From positions 1 to 64,000 of the forward strand of contig CAVSBO010000007.1 in NCBI GenBank assembly GCA_963726195.1: a stretch of 64,000 nt of DNA, given 5' to 3'. Origin of the DNA: Candidatus Thorarchaeota archaeon. Its GTDB lineage: Archaea > Asgardarchaeota > Thorarchaeia > Thorarchaeales > Thorarchaeaceae. Made by a program: the position numbers and the translations under genes. Positions 52,562-63,128 of the stretch are shown one piece after another (the stretch's first letter is position 1; each line of letters opens with the position of its first letter). Under the pieces are notes generated by a model. The model searched no databases. It saw only the letters and a program-made list of their open reading frames with translations, and was not told the DNA's origin.

Positions 52562-53485
52562 GTGAGCCTCTTGAGTGACGAAGAAGAGCCGCTTGAAGAT
52601 ATGGACCCGGCTGAGCTAATGGAACAGGCGGCCGCGGCGAAGGAGTCAGGTGACAAAGCCTCAGCCGGTAAGCTGTACAACGCGGCAGGCAACATATACA
52701 TGTCAGTGGCTGAGTATACAGAGGCTCTGGACTGTTTCGAGAAATCATTGTCATTGTTTGCTGAGATCAAGGACGAGACCGGCACAAGTGACACCACGTA
52801 CAATCTGGGAGTAGCTCAAATCAATCTTGAGCGATGGGATGAAGCCATCAAGACCTGCGAGACCGCCATGAATACGTTCGAGAAGCTGTCGAACAACGAG
52901 GGTGCGGCTGATGCAATGTACGGATTGGCTCTAGCACATCTCGGCAAAGGAAACTTCGAGCAGGCTATGGAGTACTTCAACAAGGCCCAGAAAGCGTACA
53001 AGGCCGTCGGCAACGAACAAGGTGTTGCAAGCACCTTGATGGACATAGGCAATGCCTATGCCGATAAGGAAGACTGGGAATCCGCTGAAGCGTCCTTCAA
53101 GAAGGCTCTCAAAATCTACAGAGATCTCGATGACAAAGCCGGAATAGCTGATGCTTTGTCCTTGCTTGGCGACGTTTTTGAGACACGCAACAACCAGAGG
53201 AAATCGGCTGAATACTTTGTTGAGGCAGCCCAGTGTTACTTTGAGGCCGACATACTGGACATAGCAAGAGAGGTCGTAGACCGGGCCGAGCAGAAGCTTT
53301 GGGATCTACCAAAGGCGACACGCCGGCGACTGAGAAAGATGATTGATGACATCAAAGACGCATTACCAGAAGAAACTGAGGAAGCCGAGGAAGAAGGTGG
53401 CGATGAAGACCTCGATGAGGAGGCGCTTGATGCCGAAATCGAAGGCGGCGAATTAGACGACTCTGACATGGACGAAGAGAAGTAG
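52562..53485 (+). CDS. TPR protein with acidic tail
   Basis: Several TPR repeats; D/E-rich C-terminus. Confidence 0.85.
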   Translation: MSLLSDEEEPLEDMDPAELMEQAAAAKESGDKASAGKLYNAAGNIYMSVAEYTEALDCFEKSLSLFAEIKDETGTSDTTYNLGVAQINLERWDEAIKTCETAMNTFEKLSNNEGAADAMYGLALAHLGKGNFEQAMEYFNKAQKAYKAVGNEQGVASTLMDIGNAYADKEDWESAEASFKKALKIYRDLDDKAGIADALSLLGDVFETRNNQRKSAEYFVEAAQCYFEADILDIAREVVDRAEQKLWDLPKATRRRLRKMIDDIKDALPEETEEAEEEGGDEDLDEEALDAEIEGGELDDSDMDEEK

Positions 53486-53606
53486 GTTGGTAGTGTCTTG
53501 CGCATTGGCCGTTAGTGAACGGCATCGGTACAATTGCATCAATCCAGAATAACCCTATTTACGTGACAGCACTTAGAAACTCGGAAAAGTCAGGAGCTGC
53601 CGTTGC

Positions 53607-56600
53607 TTGAAGGGTCATACGAGAGCGGTCTGCACATGCGTTTTCATCGCTATCTTTGCCATATTCGCGATTCCCGCCATACCTGCTGGATTGGCGTCTA
53701 GCATCCTTGACGCATCATGTTCTTCAAACGAAAACCAAGCAGCGTCTCTCTCAGGGCTGGAGGTTGATCCCATTGGGAAAGTCACTTTCGTAGCGACGGA
53801 CTCCAGTTCACTTATTGACGAGTTCTCCTTCATGGCGTCTGTTCCTACTGCCGTGTTCAGGTACGGCGGTCACCAATACCTTTCTCCCGTTGTGTTTGAT
53901 ACTCAATCCGATTCTGAAAGATGGCTCATTGAGGATTGGGCTCATTACCTATCTTCTGATGGTGGCGTAGGCCAAGCTGTGAGCATCGGCAATATTTCCG
54001 ACTCAACCCTCTTCAATCTCGAGAAGCTCATCGGAGCTCAAATCTATCCAAGGGTGAAAGGAGCAACTTCCGCAGATATTGCATCACTGCTGGCTCTCAT
54101 GGACTGGAAGACATCTGACGTAGCCGTATTCGCTCTTGCAGACGATTCTCTTGCCCCCATGACCATCTCCCAAGGCAATGTCAATCACACGATTATCAAC
54201 GAACCCGTCACTGTCTATACACCCTCTGTCAGCGTTAGTTCGAGTGCCCCTGTCTACGTGACATTCACACCTCCCGCCGGGACTGGTTGGATCGAGGGCA
54301 GCTTCAATTGGACAGGTGACGAGTTCTTTACGCACACCCTGATTGACCCAGGAAATATGACAGTCGATTACTCTAGTCACGCTCAAGCATACGGGGAGCG
54401 GTTTTTTACGCAGAGTCCCATGCCGCTGTATTTCTGGGTGCCCAAGACTGCTGATGGGCAATGGCAGTTCGTTCTTCATCCTGAAACTGCAATTAGCCGT
54501 ACAATCCCTATTGACTGCCAAATCAAGTATCATACTGGATTCAGTCAGGCCATTAGTGTTCCATCGGACGCTCGTTGGCTTAATGTGAGCGTGAATTGGA
54601 ACAAGGCGGGTGCCAACCTCAATCTCGCCCTCATCGATCCAACAGGCCGACTTGGAGAGTGGGCGCCTTCTGGCAGCATTCTTTCCAGTCCCGGCCTCAA
54701 GTCAATCGCATTGCCTTATCCAATGCCCGGTGTTTGGACTGCCGTCGTCGCTTGGATGGACTCCACATCGCAACAAAACGATGTCAATCTCTCATGGAAA
54801 ATCCCGGCTCTGCCCACTCATCTCCAAGCCTATCTTGAGTCGGCGGCAAATGGGGCGGTCTTGGCCTCTCTTCTAAATGCGCCTCTTCTGTTTGTCTCAG
54901 CAAACTCAGTGCCTTCTGCGACAATGTCGGCAGCTGCGGCACTTGGTGTGAGCACCGCTTTCCTAGTGGATCCGGACAACATTCATTCCCTTGCTGTGTT
55001 GAATGAGCTACAGCTGTTTGCTAACGTCACCAATCTTGACACTGCCCCATTGGTTTCTACTACTATCCGGCAATATTCTGCAGTGAATGATGTTGTTGTC
55101 ACAGTGCCCACTGGTTCAGGAGACGAGACATTCGCGTCAGCAGCCCTTTCCGCGGCTGTACACGGTTGCCCCGTATTCTCCCTGTGCGGCAATGACAACG
55201 CGCTCACCACAAGGGCAGAGGAAACATGGGCGCCGTACCTCATAGGCCCTGACATCGAGGTGTACGTCACAAGCAGATACACAACGAGAACCGAGAATGG
55301 TTGGTACGACGAGAGGATTCCAAACAAGTACTCAATGACTGCCTCTGCGTTTAGTTTCAAGGGTTTCTTGGAGAACAGGGGTGCCTACAATGCCACGCAG
55401 ACGCAGCAAATCGTCGTCATCTCCTCCCTTGATAACCTAAAGCCCAGTTTCGATAGATCATTACAGTGCAATTTCTCTGTGGGGCGCATTCCCACCGATG
55501 ACCCTGCGATGGCTTCCGTGATGATATCGAGGGCCGCACTTCATCGATTCCTGTTCAGCACAGCCGAATCAGTGAATCAGGCTCTTCTTACAATGTACGC
55601 TTATACCAACGGTGCTGGATACGTTGACAATTTCCATAATGTGCATGAGATTTGGCAGATTGAGAACTCAACCAATGCGCTTCAATCTGCGGGGTTCGGC
55701 ATTGAAAGCCATGTAGGCTACTCCGAGGTCTTCACTGCACTTGCAGCACAGCCCTCATTCTGGTCGTTGAGCACTCACGGTACTCTCACAAGCTACCCGA
55801 CGGATCCTCCTGAGAGACCTGATGGGCTTGGGCTCTTTTCATTGAGGAATCAAGATGCTCCCTACGGTTTCGAAGTGAGTCTCACCCAACGTGAGAGCAC
55901 AAGCCACAGTGATCATATCGTGAACCCTGTAGCATACTCGCAAGAGAGCTTACATCACGTGATCAAGTCAACGAATGACCTTGAAGCCGCGATATCTGAC
56001 ATAGGTTCTCCGATTGTGATTCTTACTGCATGCCTGCTTGGAGGTAGCAGTCTTCCTGAGATGCTGATGAAGCACGGTGCAGTGGCGGTGATGGCCTCTC
56101 CACGAACTGTCTACTTCCAGCCTGCAGGTCTGTTGTCAGTCTTGATTACTAGTTCGTTGGCAGCGGGCAATACGACCGGCATTTCTCTTGCGCAGGCCTT
56201 ACGAGCTGTATCCTATGACTATTCGAATCCTCCTCTCGTCGATCCCACTGACTATGCCAACCAACAGATTCTGTTTGGCGACCCCGCTATCAGACTGTAC
56301 AACACGGTGAGCGATCCTCATGTTACTGCAATCAACCCAACAAGTACTTCGTTCGGAAGTCATTTGTCTGGCAGGGGCGTGCCTGCTGTCGCAGGCCTTG
56401 GGTCTTCCAGCTACTTGCCCGAATCACTCAATATGCTCGGAATAGGCAATGACTTCTACGGAACCAACAACTACAGCACGTTTCTCTGGTTGCTACCTCT
56501 AAGGCACGCTGTTCTGTTAGAACCTGGTTCGCTGAGCGCACTTGCGAAAAACATCTCTGGAAGCGCCAGTCAGCTCGACGATTACGTTCGCAGTGGCGGT

Positions 56601-57440
56601 ACTCTTGTGCTGTTTGGAATCTCGGGAGACACGAGCTGGATGCCTTGGTCCGTAGTGGTGGAAGACAGCCCACCGGGGAATCCTATAACTGTCACAGATG
56701 CGGCTCACCCTCTGATGTCTTTGCCCAACGTAGTCGGCAGCTCTACGGGATACCGTGGCTACTTCAGTTCCGTTTCAGCCAATCTCTCTGCTATTGCCAC
56801 TGATGGTTCACATCCCGTGATTGTTGCAGGAGTGCTGGGCTATGGCAAGCTGGCACTCACCACAACTTACCCCACGGGAGCAGAAGGTAATGCAACAATC
56901 CAGAATGCTGCGCTGTGGTATGAACAGCCCTCCCTCTGTCTCAACAGCGTGACGATGAACGAGTACGTGATCTGGGCGGGCGACCGCGTGATTATCACGA
57001 TCCATATCACTAATCTCATAGGCAACGAAATACCAAACGCGAGCATTCGGGTCTGGCTGAATTCCTCCCAGGTGGATGTTCTAGACACCGGCAACGGTGC
57101 CTATGTGGCGACACTCAGCGAACAATGGACCGGGAACAGGTCCGGCTACTATGATCTCAGAATCGAATCTACCAAGCCCGGCTACGATACTATGACGAAG
57201 CTGTTGCCCCGCTTCTTGTACGTTCGTCCCTCCCCTTGGCTCGCCCTCGGGATCATCGGTGCCGTAGTGGGGACTGTGTTTGTGGGCCTGCTATACATCA
57301 GGCATCGACGCGGAGCCAAATTGCTGCCTAGTCGTCACGGAGACCGTTCGAGTCGAGACCAGGAACGGGAGAGAAGGGAGAAGGAGCGTCAAAAAAAGGA
57401 GGACCAAAAGGTCAATCCCTCTGAGTTCTTTGGAGTGTGA
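53607..57440 (+). CDS. large membrane-anchored surface protein with peptidase C25 (gingipain-like) domain
   Basis: Signal peptide; VGRIP, STHG, TACL, LFGDP; C-terminal TM + charged tail. Confidence 0.7.
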   Translation: MKGHTRAVCTCVFIAIFAIFAIPAIPAGLASSILDASCSSNENQAASLSGLEVDPIGKVTFVATDSSSLIDEFSFMASVPTAVFRYGGHQYLSPVVFDTQSDSERWLIEDWAHYLSSDGGVGQAVSIGNISDSTLFNLEKLIGAQIYPRVKGATSADIASLLALMDWKTSDVAVFALADDSLAPMTISQGNVNHTIINEPVTVYTPSVSVSSSAPVYVTFTPPAGTGWIEGSFNWTGDEFFTHTLIDPGNMTVDYSSHAQAYGERFFTQSPMPLYFWVPKTADGQWQFVLHPETAISRTIPIDCQIKYHTGFSQAISVPSDARWLNVSVNWNKAGANLNLALIDPTGRLGEWAPSGSILSSPGLKSIALPYPMPGVWTAVVAWMDSTSQQNDVNLSWKIPALPTHLQAYLESAANGAVLASLLNAPLLFVSANSVPSATMSAAAALGVSTAFLVDPDNIHSLAVLNELQLFANVTNLDTAPLVSTTIRQYSAVNDVVVTVPTGSGDETFASAALSAAVHGCPVFSLCGNDNALTTRAEETWAPYLIGPDIEVYVTSRYTTRTENGWYDERIPNKYSMTASAFSFKGFLENRGAYNATQTQQIVVISSLDNLKPSFDRSLQCNFSVGRIPTDDPAMASVMISRAALHRFLFSTAESVNQALLTMYAYTNGAGYVDNFHNVHEIWQIENSTNALQSAGFGIESHVGYSEVFTALAAQPSFWSLSTHGTLTSYPTDPPERPDGLGLFSLRNQDAPYGFEVSLTQRESTSHSDHIVNPVAYSQESLHHVIKSTNDLEAAISDIGSPIVILTACLLGGSSLPEMLMKHGAVAVMASPRTVYFQPAGLLSVLITSSLAAGNTTGISLAQALRAVSYDYSNPPLVDPTDYANQQILFGDPAIRLYNTVSDPHVTAINPTSTSFGSHLSGRGVPAVAGLGSSSYLPESLNMLGIGNDFYGTNNYSTFLWLLPLRHAVLLEPGSLSALAKNISGSASQLDDYVRSGGTLVLFGISGDTSWMPWSVVVEDSPPGNPITVTDAAHPLMSLPNVVGSSTGYRGYFSSVSANLSAIATDGSHPVIVAGVLGYGKLALTTTYPTGAEGNATIQNAALWYEQPSLCLNSVTMNEYVIWAGDRVIITIHITNLIGNEIPNASIRVWLNSSQVDVLDTGNGAYVATLSEQWTGNRSGYYDLRIESTKPGYDTMTKLLPRFLYVRPSPWLALGIIGAVVGTVFVGLLYIRHRRGAKLLPSRHGDRSSRDQERERREKERQKKEDQKVNPSEFFGV

Positions 57441-57538
57441 TTGACTGATAACGCTAGCCAAATGGCATTTATGTATCACTAAGGTTTTAAGATGTGCTAC
57501 GTGACTGACGTATATTCCGAGGAGCTGAAGAACGAGCC

Positions 57539-57901
57539 ATGTCCAGTCGGGTTGACAAGATTAACAAGACCATCAGGGATTTCGAGACTGTGCCAGGAGT
57601 CGAGGGGGCCGCATTGGTCTCGCTGGATGGTCTCATGATCTCTTCTGCACTCCCTGAAAGCGAACAGGAAAGAGTGGCTGCTATTAGTGCCGCGCTGCTG
57701 TCGCTGGGCGAGAAAGCGACCAACGAGCTTGATCGAGGGCTCCTGCTCGAGATTTACGTCAAGGGCGACAAGGGTTACACCCTCATGACCTCGGTTGGAG
57801 ATACTGCTCTGTTGCTAGTGCTAGCGAAGGCCGATGCGCAGCTAGGTTTGATCTTTGTCGACATGAAACGGATGGCTGAGAACTTGCTCGATATTCTGTA
57901 A
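57539..57901 (+). CDS. roadblock/LC7 (MglB-like) protein
   Basis: PGVEGAALVSLDGLMISS, ERVAAISAA, LGLIF. Confidence 0.92.
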   Translation: MSSRVDKINKTIRDFETVPGVEGAALVSLDGLMISSALPESEQERVAAISAALLSLGEKATNELDRGLLLEIYVKGDKGYTLMTSVGDTALLLVLAKADAQLGLIFVDMKRMAENLLDIL

Positions 57902-57948
57902 CAAGGCAATGAATGTCTTGGCTGCTACCAATGCGCAGAACCAGTTTC

Positions 57949-59181
57949 TCAGATCCTTCGCACCATTTCGTCGACTATCGCGCGGGCTACTTCTCTCTTT
58001 GTTGCGAGAGGAATCTTCTTTGCGAACCCTTTCGACCCAACTATCACCACTTCGTTTGTATCTGCTCCAAAAGCCGCGCCTTTCCGACGTTCGTCATTAC
58101 CAATGACCAAGTTGCACACTCCGCCATCCACCTTGGTTCTAGCCCGAGCTTCAAGTTCTTCGTCGGTGACTCCTGATTCAACCTTGAAGCCAACTATGAA
58201 GAGGTCCTTGTGACGTTTCCGAACCTCCTCTATTATCTTGGGGGTAGATACGAGCTGGATCGCGTAAGGCTCACCGGATGGTCTCTTTCTGTCCTCGCGT
58301 TTGGCGGGAGCGAAGTCAAGTACTGCTGCCGCTGAAAGAAACGCAGTTGCCTTGTATGCAGCGAGAGCGTCAAGAACGGCCTGCAGCATTTCCTCTGACG
58401 TTTCTACGTGCTTTACCTCCGCGTCGTGAGGAACAGCTTGTGTGGTGGGTCCGATCACAAGTGTGACGCTCCCTCCCCTTCCTATGATTTCACGGGCTAT
58501 TTCGATGCCCATCTTGCCCGTAGAGGGGTTCGTCATGTATCTTACTCGGTCAATCCAACCTCGAGTTGGTCCTGCAGTAACGACGAAACGCTTGCCGCGC
58601 AAGTCGCCTGGACCGAGCACTGCGAGAACGTGGTCCACGATTTCTTCAACTTCGGGTATCTTTGCCTTGTCCTCTTCCAACCTAGGCGCAACCACACCAA
58701 CTCCCATTTGCTGCAGTTTGTCGATGTTGGCTCTGACAGCGGGATGGTCATACATGGACTCGTGCATTGCTGGTACAACAAGCACCGGAATGTGGGCGCC
58801 AATTGCGGAGGAGACGGTGGTCGTGACCGGTGTGTCGTCAATTCCGTTTGCGATTTTCCCTATCGTGTTCGCAGTGGCTGGGGCGACCAGGACAAGATCG
58901 ACGTGGCCTTCGTGTTTGCCAGCCAAACTGACGTGTTCTATCTGTCCCGTGAGCTCAGTCACCACACGATTGCCGGTTGCCCATTCAAGCAGGTAGGGAT
59001 GGAGAATCTTCTGAGCATTCGGGCTCATGACGCAATAGATGTCTGCTCCATGTCTCATGAGTCGCCTAGCAAGTGCCACGCATTCGACAGCCGCAACACT
59101 TCCGGTAATACAAAGGGCGATTTTGCGTCCTTCTAGAAGGCTGCTCAGAGTACCCCTGATGAGCTTGGATGTATGTTCCAT
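57949..59181 (-). CDS. coaBC: phosphopantothenoylcysteine decarboxylase/synthetase
   Basis: TGSVAA, APATANTIGK, PAMH, TAGPT...D.VRY.TNPSTGKMG, GFK.E. Confidence 0.95.
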   Translation of the reverse strand: MEHTSKLIRGTLSSLLEGRKIALCITGSVAAVECVALARRLMRHGADIYCVMSPNAQKILHPYLLEWATGNRVVTELTGQIEHVSLAGKHEGHVDLVLVAPATANTIGKIANGIDDTPVTTTVSSAIGAHIPVLVVPAMHESMYDHPAVRANIDKLQQMGVGVVAPRLEEDKAKIPEVEEIVDHVLAVLGPGDLRGKRFVVTAGPTRGWIDRVRYMTNPSTGKMGIEIAREIIGRGGSVTLVIGPTTQAVPHDAEVKHVETSEEMLQAVLDALAAYKATAFLSAAAVLDFAPAKREDRKRPSGEPYAIQLVSTPKIIEEVRKRHKDLFIVGFKVESGVTDEELEARARTKVDGGVCNLVIGNDERRKGAAFGADTNEVVIVGSKGFAKKIPLATKREVARAIVDEMVRRI

Positions 59182-59422
59182 TCGACCATTCCCATGAAAA
59201 GCCATTCTCCATCTGCTCATAAACTGAACGTCCACGGTGGCGTTCTGGTCCCATGCCTATTGTGCCTGCTTTGGGCAAAGGATATATGAGCCAGTTGAAA
59301 CAGACCTCTTCGCCAACGGTGGATTCCCCTGTGTTAGTCCAGACCGGGAGAGCACGCTTGGACCCTCGCACAGGAACACTACAGGTTGCATTGTGGAGAG
59401 TGAATACTCCCTCTAGAACTCA

Positions 59423-60283
59423 ATGGCGGTGCGATGTACTTGGCGGACTCTTCTCAAGACCGAGACGTTATCTACAGAAGACTGCCCGCCTGAGAAGAGG
59501 GCCCGATTTCAGGCCTATGATCGAACTGTGTCTTCGCTCGGAAGCCTAACGCAATCGATGTTCATTCTAGATAACGACAATGAGATTGACACTTTTCAGC
59601 ACGACTTCAATGAGTTCTTGAAGACGAGCGGCCGGTGGGATGACGAGTCAGATAAGTTGCCTTACTACGTCGTGCACATTGGCTACGACGGAGACATGCT
59701 TGACGACATGTTTAGGCTGGTGGTATCGGATGAGGCCAGCAATTTCGATCCAGCCAAACTGGACGCTAGCATGCTCTACTCAAAGCAGGCCATCTTTCAG
59801 CATCTCTACCACATAATAACGAAGGACAAGTTCGTTGTTTTTCATATCACGGAGTTTCCACTGGCCTACTATTTCGAGACCGCGGTCGTTGTTGACGTTG
59901 AGGATCTGTCTGACGTTATGGATCCCGCCGTGCATGATGAGACAATAGTCCGATACCTCAACGATTTGCGAGACCAAGGGACAGAGGAGCACCGAAAGAC
60001 CTACAGCTTCTTCTACAGAATCAGTACGTCGCTATTGATGGAGTTGTCCAACGCGTTCTTGGTGGTCCCAACTGCCGGAATGAACAGACATCTGGTTGTT
60101 ACGAGCTGGAGAACTCAGACTCTGCTGCTCGGTTTCAGCCCTCTCACCTGGTCGTCAGGTTCGTTCAATGTCTACGACCTATCCGGCCGCGATATAGATG
60201 CGCGCTGGGCCTACCCTGCTCGGCGCACTACTGACCCACGGATAAAGCAATACACGAGTCTGGTGCCGCTGAACAAGGTTTGA
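59423..60283 (+). CDS. hypothetical protein
   Basis: 286-aa ORF with globular composition; no family recognised. Confidence 0.6.
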   Translation: MAVRCTWRTLLKTETLSTEDCPPEKRARFQAYDRTVSSLGSLTQSMFILDNDNEIDTFQHDFNEFLKTSGRWDDESDKLPYYVVHIGYDGDMLDDMFRLVVSDEASNFDPAKLDASMLYSKQAIFQHLYHIITKDKFVVFHITEFPLAYYFETAVVVDVEDLSDVMDPAVHDETIVRYLNDLRDQGTEEHRKTYSFFYRISTSLLMELSNAFLVVPTAGMNRHLVVTSWRTQTLLLGFSPLTWSSGSFNVYDLSGRDIDARWAYPARRTTDPRIKQYTSLVPLNKV

Positions 60284-60397
60284 TGTTTCGCACCTAGATC
60301 CAGTCTTTTGAGAGCAGAGGACCCCAAACATATACAACATGTATGAGTTCTTTTATGTATAGTATACACTTATACAGCGCCTTTTCCATTTTATATT

Positions 60398-61333
60398 GTG
60401 AAGCGCGCTCCAACACCTAGTGCGATAGCTATCAGAGCCTTTGTTCCCGGGCACATAACAGGGTTGTTCAGGATTCATGATAGCGCTCCAGATACTCTTC
60501 ACTGCGGGTCTACGGGCGCGGGCTTCTCGGTGTCACTGGGTACGACAACGAGTGTCCGGACGGAAGAAGGCAACTCGCTGCAGGTAGAAGTTGAATACAA
60601 CGGAAAGCGCATCGATGCGCCAGTAACGACCACGGTCGTGATGACGATGGCAGAACAATACGAGTGCAAATTCCCAGTACATATCCAGCACCAATCAGAC
60701 CTTCCAATAGGCGTAGGATTTGGTGCATCTGGGGCAGGCGCCCTAGGCACTGCATTGGCACTCGGTAAGATGATGGATCCCAAAATGACTCCGGCGAAGG
60801 CAGCGGGTTTCGCTCATTCTGCAGAGGTGGTGAATCACACTGGGCTGGGTGACGTAATCGGTCAGTTTGAGGGAGGAGTTGAGGTCCGGGTTTTGCCAGG
60901 CGCACCTGGCATAGGTAGGATTGTCCATGTCCCTTACGATCACTCGATGCAAGTTGCACTTGCCGGCGGTCACGGACTCAAAGCAAAGAGAGCGGCTCTG
61001 GTAGATGCTGAATGGCATGAAAGAATCAACCGTGTTGCAGGAGACCTCATTGAAGAAATGAAGGCAAACCCGTCCATCTTGAGGTTCATAGACTGCTCTC
61101 GTCGTTTTGCAGATACGACTGGTCTCGCAACAGAGCGAGTCAGATCCACATTGAAACGTCTAGACTCAGCCGGGCTGGATCAATCAGGAATGGTCATGCT
61201 GGGCGACTCCGTCTTTTGTTTCTGTGGGGAGGAGAACTCCTCAGCCGCCACTGAGATTCTCTCACAGGAATGGAACACGGAAGAAGTCATGGTAACAAGC
61301 GTGGCCGCAAAAGGGGGTCATGTGCTTCCATGA
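60398..61333 (+). CDS. pantoate kinase (GHMP family)
   Basis: AFVPGHITGLF, GSTGAG, P.G.GFG.SGA, TGLGDV. Confidence 0.9.
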   Translation: MKRAPTPSAIAIRAFVPGHITGLFRIHDSAPDTLHCGSTGAGFSVSLGTTTSVRTEEGNSLQVEVEYNGKRIDAPVTTTVVMTMAEQYECKFPVHIQHQSDLPIGVGFGASGAGALGTALALGKMMDPKMTPAKAAGFAHSAEVVNHTGLGDVIGQFEGGVEVRVLPGAPGIGRIVHVPYDHSMQVALAGGHGLKAKRAALVDAEWHERINRVAGDLIEEMKANPSILRFIDCSRRFADTTGLATERVRSTLKRLDSAGLDQSGMVMLGDSVFCFCGEENSSAATEILSQEWNTEEVMVTSVAAKGGHVLP

Positions 61334-62142
61334 AGCAGACAGTCGTTCCACCGGACCACCCGCGGAAAGTCTCGCTTGAGATAAGGGAGCGAGTGATAGA
61401 AGGCCATGACAACCACATAGTGGCGACAGCTGGTCTTCTTGCACATGGCAGAGGCGAAGCATTCGACTACTTGATTGGAGAGAAGACTACTGACCAGGCG
61501 CGAGAATCGGCTCGCGCGGCAGTCGCTTCTCTTCTCTGGGCAAATCATCCAGTAATCAGTGTCAATGGAAATGCTTGTGCATTGGCCGCAAAGGAGTTGA
61601 CGGTTCTCGCGGAGCTCATTCATGCTCCCCTCGAGATCAATCTGTTCTACTATGCTAGAGAACGTGAAGATGCTATTTTCAAGGCTCTGAAGAAGGCAGG
61701 TGCGAAGAGGATCCTAGGTACTCACGACCGGCCGTCCTCGACGATACCGGAGCTGAGTAGCAACCGGAGAAAGGTGGACTCTGATGGCATAGCGATCGCG
61801 GACGCTGTGTTGGTCCCTCTCGAAGACGGCGATCGAACAGAAGCTCTGAGGGCCTTGGGCAAGACAGTGGTCGCCATAGACCTTAACCCAATGAGCCGAA
61901 CGGCTAGACACGCAAGCATCACTATTGTCGACAATATTGTGCGCATCTTGCCGGTGATGATAGAGTACGCTCAAGAAATGAAAGACCTGTCAAAGGAACA
62001 GCTCAGGTCAATAGTGTCCAACTATGACAATGGAGCCAGCCTGAGCAATTCTGTTCGTAACATGATGGACCATCTCGAATCGGAGGCTCATGATTGGGAG
62101 GCAGCAAGTGGGATGGCCCAAGAAGGAGGAATCGTCCGATGA
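61330..62142 (+). CDS. 4-phosphopantoate--beta-alanine ligase
   Basis: HPR..SL..RE, AHGRGEAFDYLIGE, VPLEDGDR, IDLNPMSRT. Confidence 0.93.
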   Translation: MKQTVVPPDHPRKVSLEIRERVIEGHDNHIVATAGLLAHGRGEAFDYLIGEKTTDQARESARAAVASLLWANHPVISVNGNACALAAKELTVLAELIHAPLEINLFYYAREREDAIFKALKKAGAKRILGTHDRPSSTIPELSSNRRKVDSDGIAIADAVLVPLEDGDRTEALRALGKTVVAIDLNPMSRTARHASITIVDNIVRILPVMIEYAQEMKDLSKEQLRSIVSNYDNGASLSNSVRNMMDHLESEAHDWEAASGMAQEGGIVR

Positions 62143-63128
62143 AGATAGTCATGATGGGCGCAGGTGCAATTGGGAGTCTGTACGGCGGCATGCTTAGTCT
62201 TGCAGGCGAATCAGAAGTGATCCTCGTGGCGCGCAGACCAAATGCGGATGCCATACGCCGCGATGGCCTGAAGCTCAGAGGTGTTCTGGGCGAGCACACT
62301 GTGCGTTTGAAAGCTACTGCTGATCCCCGACAGATCACTCGAGCTGACTTTGTGTTCATTACGACTAAGACGTACGATACTCTCACTGCTGCTTCTCGAA
62401 TTCGCCACCTGACAGACGATGGCGCTTACGTTATTGTTCTCCAGAATGGCTTGGGTACCGAGAACGAAGTTGAGAAGGTTCTCTCTACGACTCGAGTACT
62501 AAGAGCCACGACCTGTATGGGCGCTCTCGTGACTCGTCCGGGAGAGATCACAGTCACTGGCCGGGGCCTGACCGAGATTGGTTCCCATCATGAGGAGAAC
62601 ATGGAGGTTGTTGAGCGGGTTGCCGAACTGCTCAGACATGCTGGCTTCGAGGTCAAGACAAGCGATGACATAGACGGAGTCGTTTGGACAAAGACGATAG
62701 TCAACTGTGGCCTGAATCCAGTTGGTGCCTTGACGGGCCTAACAAATGGCGAGGTTTATGGAAACAAGGCTCTAAGAGGGCTTGTTCTTCGTCTGGTGAA
62801 GGAGGCAGCCCAGGTAGCTGAGGAACTGGGCGTAAAGCTCACTACTGAGGACCCTGTTCGCTATACCCTAGGCACAGCGAAAGCCACTGGGGCCAACGTC
62901 AACTCAATGCTTCAGGACATCCGAGCGAGGAAGAAAACAGAGATTGATTCCATCACTGGTGAAGTGATTCGCTTGGCTCATGAGATGGGCATCGAGACGC
63001 CCGCAAGTGAGGCAGTATGCGCATTGGTTAAGGCTGTCGAGTTGGAATACCTCAGAGATTCTGGTTCTCGGAGTGCTGCAGAGAGCACAAGCTTGGACGA
63101 AGTCACCGAGGTCACGACTAGCTCCTGA
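62139..63128 (+). CDS. panE: 2-dehydropantoate 2-reductase
   Basis: GAGAIG, LQNGLG, W.K...N...N, SMLQD...TEID. Confidence 0.92.
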   Translation: MKIVMMGAGAIGSLYGGMLSLAGESEVILVARRPNADAIRRDGLKLRGVLGEHTVRLKATADPRQITRADFVFITTKTYDTLTAASRIRHLTDDGAYVIVLQNGLGTENEVEKVLSTTRVLRATTCMGALVTRPGEITVTGRGLTEIGSHHEENMEVVERVAELLRHAGFEVKTSDDIDGVVWTKTIVNCGLNPVGALTGLTNGEVYGNKALRGLVLRLVKEAAQVAEELGVKLTTEDPVRYTLGTAKATGANVNSMLQDIRARKKTEIDSITGEVIRLAHEMGIETPASEAVCALVKAVELEYLRDSGSRSAAESTSLDEVTEVTTSS

